Source: the human T2T-CHM13v2.0 reference genome, Homo sapiens. Taken from it: a DNA stretch of 64,000 bases. The position numbers were made by a program, and so were the translations under genes. The DNA is taken from NCBI RefSeq assembly GCF_009914755.1, contig NC_060927.1; one strand, given 5' to 3'. The notes under the pieces are model-generated. The model worked only from the letters and a program-made list of their open reading frames with translations. It ran no database searches and was not told the origin of the DNA. Positions 57,646 through 64,000 of this stretch are shown piece by piece (the stretch's first letter is position 1; each line of letters opens with the position of its first letter).

Positions 57646-59004
57646 AGGGTGACATTTCCTGCCATTTGCGTACACATCCCAGCATAGCATTGGGGCTCCC
57701 CTCACCCCTTCTTGCCCCGCCAGGGCTGTGAGTATTCTGTGTCGTTTCCCATGTGTGAGACCCTGTGTGTGGATCCCACAGGCAGATTAGGTCAGAAGAG
57801 GATTCTGGGAAAAGAAAAGTCAACCTGTCATTAGAGATCATGGACAGTGGGCTGAGTCCAGCACAGGACTCTGAGAGGGAGGCGGGGCAGGAAGGCAGTC
57901 CATTCTTAACATACTTATGTAGTCACTTTTCTGTCTTGAGGCACACAAAAAAAACAAGGTCATATCTTTTAATGTCTCAGTAAAACAGCTTGAGCCCTCC
58001 CCTTATCACCTTGAGAAACGCCTCAGGCCTTCCTCCAAGGAAAGACCCCCAGGATGCTTAGTCATATCCAAAATGTCAATCCCTGTCCTTTCCACCTTGC
58101 CTTTGCAGTCAGAACCTCCACCCAAGGCCAGAGGATGCCCCAATGTCATGTGCACTCTATCTACCCCACTGGCATCCCAGGCAGTGTGATCAGGGCTTAG
58201 TGTCCTGCTTCTGCCACCTCCGCAACTGCTGGCACAGACCTTTTCATAGTTGCAGCAGACCCTGGGGCATGTGGAGGGAGGACCCATCTTCGACTCCCCA
58301 TTGCACTCAGCAGATGTGGCCACCTTCCAGTATCACTGACTCAGACACACGCACCCAGCCCTTGCCCAGGGTGCAAGCCTGCCTTCAGGAAGGATGACTG
58401 CACCCAGGCTGGCTGTCTCAGCTCCTGGACTCAGAATCACTATTACCTCCTCAACCCCAACTTCCTGCAGGAGCTAGTTCACCTGTTTTTTATGTCAGGG
58501 ACCTTGGGGCCTTCCCTGTCACTGGATTTGATTCGGAGTCATCCCAATCTCACAACATATTATTTATTCCCCCCTTCATGTCTTTGAATAAAATTGATGC
58601 ACCCAGAAGGTATAACATGTATATCTTGCAGCTTCAAGTACAAGAGGTCCTAGGCTTCAACTTAAAAACTTTCTGGGGGAAGGCATAAGAAGGCTTTTCT
58701 TGTGGGAGCGTGTTAAGCAGCAGAAGGGGTCCCAAAACGTGTTTAGTGTTTACCCTTCCCTAAAGACATTTGCTTAGAGTTTGGAGTACACTGAGGCTGC
58801 CTGAAAGAAGACAGGGAAGAAGCTAGAACTGCCCTTCCATTTCCTGCAAAATTTCATCTCCTGCCCCACTCCCCTACTCGTAACTCTCCTTTAGACACAC
58901 TCCTCTATGGCAGACAACTTCTGATACATTCAATTCCAGGTACTCATTTTTTGGTGAATGTTCCATTGCATCTGAATGATATTGAAGTGAACTTCTCTTA
59001 CCTG

Positions 59005-59157
59005 CATGTGTGTGCACACACACACGCACACACACGCACGCACACACACACACGTGCGCTCACATGCACATGCGCACACACACGCACATGCACACACGCA
59101 CGCATGTGCATACACATGCACACACGCACATGTACACATACACACACACACATGCAC
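59005..59157. repeat. Complex alternating purine-pyrimidine (CA/CG/TG) repeat
   Basis: Seen directly. Confidence 0.92.
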
Positions 59158-59730
59158 CCAAGGTCAACACCTTAAAATCCCACTGCATTTAAACCATGAG
59201 TGGGTGGGACCTTGAGGAAATCACCAAAGATGTTTCAGGAGTCTCCCTCTGATGGCCCACATCTGGGAAGCCCTGGAGAGATGTGGATTTGACAATTTAC
59301 GAAAGCTAAGGTAGAGAGGGCCCTGAAAAAGGAGCTGGCTAGCCGGCCGCTGATGTGAGAGTGAGGTCATGGGTGCTTGGGTTGTGACTCACCTCTCCAG
59401 CCCTTCACAGGGCACCTGAAGCACCTGGGGGTTTGAGGGCTTGAACACTTAGACAAAGGAAGGCTCTAAAATGGCCCACTGAAACATGCAGACACCTTGA
59501 GAAAAGTGTTTTGAGTTTTTCTTTTACTCCAAATAAAAATAGCTATTTTAAAAGAGTGGAATAAATGACATAATAATAATGGCACTAAATTGCTAACATG
59601 TACCAGTTGCTTCCCTCATGCTGCGATGTGCAGAGTGGCTCATTACATTTAATCCTCACAACAAACCTTTGGGTATGATTCCCTGTAACAAATGGGGAGA
59701 GCTCAAATAACTTCTCAGGGCCACATACCT

Positions 59731-60100
59731 GATGCTGTGGACTGAATGCATGTATCCTCCAAAATTCTTATGTTGAAGCCCTAACCCCCAATTCGCCTGT
59801 ATTTGGAATATGAAAGTAATTGAGGTCATAAGGGTGGGGTTCTGATCTGATAGAATTAGTGTCCTCTCTCTTGCTCTCGCTCTCCCCTCCCTCCGCCTCT
59901 CTGCAAGCACGAAGAGGTCATGTGAGTCCATAGCAAGAAGGGGACCATCTGCAACCCAAAGGAAGAGCCCTCACCAGACACCAACTCTGCTGCCCTTGAT
60001 CTTGGACTTTCAGTCTCCAGAACTGTGAGAAAATAAATTTATGTTATTTAAGCCACCCAGTCTGTGGTATTTTTTTATGGCAGCCCTAGAAGACTAATAT
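59731..60100 (+). mobile_element. MLT1A-like solo LTR inserted in a MIR
   Basis: tgctgtggactgaatg...ttgaagccctaacccc...cttggactttcagtctccagaactgtgagaaaataaa. Confidence 0.88.
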
Positions 60101-61037
60101 ATCTGACAAGCCACTACATTGGGATTACGAGCACCACAGCCCTCACTGTTACTCATCACCCTAAACTGCCTCCAACAAATATCATCATTTTAATATTTTA
60201 TGTTTTGCTAAGCCATAGGCTAGCTTTAATATTTCAATTGAAGTGAGAAGTGTTTTTAAAACTTGGCATTATGTTGTACAGCTGTATTCTAACACTGATG
60301 GTTGTTGCTTAAAGCCGTTTCACTAAATTTAGATCTCTGGAAAAAAATTTGTTTGAGCATGGAAACAGGTTGGAAATATTGCACCCAATAATAACAGTTT
60401 AACTTTTGGCTTATGAAATACTTCAGTGGGAAAGTATTTGCTCAAATCTCTGCCTGCTATTATAGTTGAAGGCTTGGCGATAGTATTTGCCCTTCCTCTG
60501 AACTTTCTGGATATCAAAGCCACGTGGAAGTATAGCTTGTCTTATGTATGAAAAACAGGGCAAGGCAACTTTTGAAGAATTGCCGTTAAGAGGTGCATTT
60601 AGCTGTGTCAATCATTTAGACAACGATTATCTGGTATGTGAATGATCCAAACCCTTTTTATTTTTTTCTGCCTCTTTTGAAAATACTGTGAGGAGCCATC
60701 TGGCTATTGACCACTTCTTCCTTCCACATGATGGCTGGTCTACCTACCTCAGTTGGCAAAGTCCCCTCAACAGAGGCCAGGGCCAGAGGGCAGGGCTTGT
60801 TAATAGATGGGAATGAGAGCTGCCCTTGGCTCCTCTTTCTTTCTCTGTTGTGTGAAGGTCAAGTTGTCTCCTCATTTGGAGATCAGATAGCTGTGTGTGC
60901 ACAGCTCTTGATCCACTTCCCTATTTCTAACTTTGATTAGTGACTTTGGCTTTACGGAGGTAGCATCTTCTACATCCACTGCTGGATGTAGACATCCACT
61001 GTGTCTCTGTAGACAATTCAAGCAGTACTAAAGGAGT

Positions 61038-61048
61038 GATAGATAGAC

Positions 61049-61097
<49 letters not shown>
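61038..61097. repeat. (GATA)2 GAC (GATA)12 tetranucleotide STR
   Basis: Seen directly. Confidence 0.96.
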
Positions 61098-62414
61098 GCA
61101 AGAATAGCCCATAATCTCAACCATAATCATTATTAACATTTAGGGTAAACTTCCAAATCTCTTTCTTTGTGCATATATACATACAGATGCATAGAAATTT
61201 ACATATACCAGATTATAGTAGGCATGTCCTTAAGGAACTTGAGTTATTACCCTTGTTATGCTGCAGGGATTGTTCCTTGTCAGTGTGTAAAGTTGCATGC
61301 CAACCTTTTGTAACAGGCTGTGTAAGGTGCTGATTCAACCAAATAGTGGATAGTATAGGCTGGATTGTGCATTGTTAAGAACCAAGTGGCTAAGTTCTTT
61401 AGGGCTAACTCCAAAGAAAACCCGACAGTTGGCATTAGATGCCATGTGCCCCAAGAATGAGAGAGGATGAACTGACTTTATGGGCCTTGCTCTTTTGGAG
61501 GGATTAGAACTACAGAGATCACTTTTGGGGGGAGTGCAGTGTTCATGGGCTGGTTATGTAATAAACGGTATATTATCTTGTAATATATGGGGTGTGATGC
61601 TGTCTTCTCTTCTAAACTGAAAAAACTTGATTGCAGAAACACATTTGGCCCTAAGAGTTTTGGACAAGGATTGTGAACCCATCATATGGTCAGTCCTCAT
61701 TTCACATGGTTCTATGGTAACTGAGATAAAATCTCAGACTGCATCTTCCCAACTGGATCACTGTGAGGTTTACATAAGATAAAGTGATCTATAACATGCT
61801 TAGTGCAGTGTGAGACACATAGTGAGTGAGCCTTCCTTGCTGCTAGCAGTCCTATCACCTTACAGCAGCATCTGCTCTGCTCGAGTGTCTGTACCCGTCA
61901 GGTCTCTGCAAACCGGGCTCTCATAATCAGTGGGGAGTGTCTAAACCTCCATTTAGGGTCCTCCTACGGTACACTCACACAGACCCCAGAAATGCAAGCA
62001 GTCCCTTGGGGGAGACAAGGAGGATGTTAGAGAGTTATGGTTGGGAAGCTTTGTCAGGGAGAAATTAGCATTTCCCATCGGAGACCATGGGAAGGGCACT
62101 CTAGAAAAAAGAGCACAGGAAAAAGTATGGCTCAATACAGGGTCCAGAAATACTCACCTGGAGGAACTATGTGTATTTCCTGCTATAGTAATATAGCATA
62201 GTATTTGTAATGAAAAATTGTATTCTAAACCTAAAGATTACTAAGCCAATTGGCTTGTATTAAGAGCCTTAGATATCTACCTAGCTTTGACCTAGTAGTT
62301 AAGCATTTAGGAAATAATGAGAGGCAGATAAAAATCTACAAATGTATAAGCAAAAAGAAAAAAAAAGATATTAGAGAAAGGAAGGATTAAAAAGACTAAT
62401 TAATCTTAAGAGTT

Positions 62415-62703
<289 letters not shown>

Positions 62704-63513
62704 CCAAGACTTTTTTGAGGCTTCTGAAAAGCCAATGTTGTTTTCACCCCAACATTTAATCATTCCAATATTCCTCTCTGCAGTGAGGCAGGAGGGAGCA
62801 GAGCAGTATAACCATCACTTCTTTTGCATTGTTACAGTAGCAGTAACAATTCAACAAAGTATGTATGTAACTGTTTAATTGTTTAACAATGTAACTGTTT
62901 AACAAAGTAACTGTGGAGAGCAATTTTGCACAGCTTATAGAAAACGCCAATGCTAGGTGAGCTGATAGAGCATGCTGTTCAGTTTGCAGCCACTAAGGCT
63001 AATGGAAAACCTTCAGATTCCTTCTTGAAGTGAGAGCATAAAGGAATGGAGGGCATTTGGTTGCCATTTCCGTTGGGAAATTGGACAAGAGGTTCAGTTT
63101 TTCAAAAGTCTCCATTCCATAAAGCAAATCTACATTTTGCATGGCCAGGTTTGAAATAGTATGCCTCTCCCCTCCAGCTGGTGACCCTGGAGACACGCCC
63201 TTCAGGTCAAGTCTCTGTAAAACAGCTTATTCTGGCAACTAGGAAATTGAGCTCACTCTTGAGCTCAGATTATACGAATAACTAATACATGTTTAGCGTT
63301 TTATGGTTAGGAAATGCTGTCCTGAGAAGCTCATCAATAGGTTTATTAGTTATTGGTATCCTTGTTTTATTGATTTACTAAAATTACACAGTTGTTCGGG
63401 CCTGGGAGTTAAATTCTCTTCACCAGATGCCAAATCCTACGTTTTTCTTACCACATCATGGTGCCACAGGTTAAGGAATACAGTGCAGGGTTCTGAATCT
63501 CTCTCCTGTAGGA

Positions 63514-63677
63514 CAGTGCTTCCCAAGCCTGGCTACTTGACAAATCTCCCAAGAGGTGTTGGAAATGCAGATTCCTGGGCCTTGCCCCTAGATTCTGACC
63601 TAGAGTGTTATTAGTAAATCTGTATTTTTAAATAGTTGCCTGGTGGTCTAATATACAGTCAGGATTGACAGCTACTG
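63514..63677. mobile_element. MER5-type hAT MITE
   Basis: cagtgcttcccaa...aaatgcagattcctgggcc...aatctgtatttttaa...ctactg. Confidence 0.75.
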
Positions 63678-63890
63678 TTTAGTTAAATCAAACACCAATG
63701 CTATAATTTTTAACCGATATCATTTTTAGGGTTTGGTTTCCAAAGTTGGAAATCAGTGTGTTTTAGATCAGTGGTTTCCTGTCTTCTAAAACCTACCTTA
63801 CCTTTAAAGAATCTGTTGAAATCTGTGGATCTTTCCCTAAGAAACACACAAACACACACATACACACTTTTATATATAATTCTAGAGGGC

Positions 63891-64000
63891 TATATTAGTT
63901 TCCTGCTTCTGCTATAACAAATGGTCACAAGCATAGCGGCTTAAAACAACAACATTTATTATCTTACAGTTCTGGATGTCAGAAGTGGGACAGGAGTCTC
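63891..64000 (-). mobile_element. MLT1-like LTR cut by the window end
   Basis: tatattagtttcct...ggcttaaaacaac...atttattatcttacagttctgga. Confidence 0.8.

Noticed and set aside
58930-59215. His/Thr- and Cys/Val-rich ORFs (also 17383-17838, 33174-33553)
   Set aside because: They are translations of CA/TG microsatellites.

Overview
Primate (human-like) genomic DNA, mostly transposable elements: many Alus, L1s of several ages (one full-length L1PA with a 16-bp TSD, one near full-length L1MA), L2/MIR, MaLR/ERVL LTRs, Tigger1 and Tigger3. The only intact spliced ORF found joins 32803-33028 to 50382-50668 and gives 170 aa. I recognise it from memory as APRG1/C3orf35 (3p22, between GOLGA4 and ITGA9); this was not database-checked. 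A SMIM13-derived processed pseudogene lies on the - strand at 28714-29253. The main observation is that the short non-repetitive islands on the + strand are AG/GT-bounded exon-like blocks. Read in order, they spell degenerate Ser/Thr protein-kinase subdomains I-XI, which suggests a decayed multi-exon kinase gene (candidate unitary pseudogene). APRG1's first coding exon reads one of these kinase exons in a different frame, and its second coding exon starts in an antisense MIR. Two local templated-copy scars, a tail-less Alu, a TSD-less L1 and a strong antisense L1 bias are also visible. Repeat subfamily names and most repeat boundaries are by-eye estimates.
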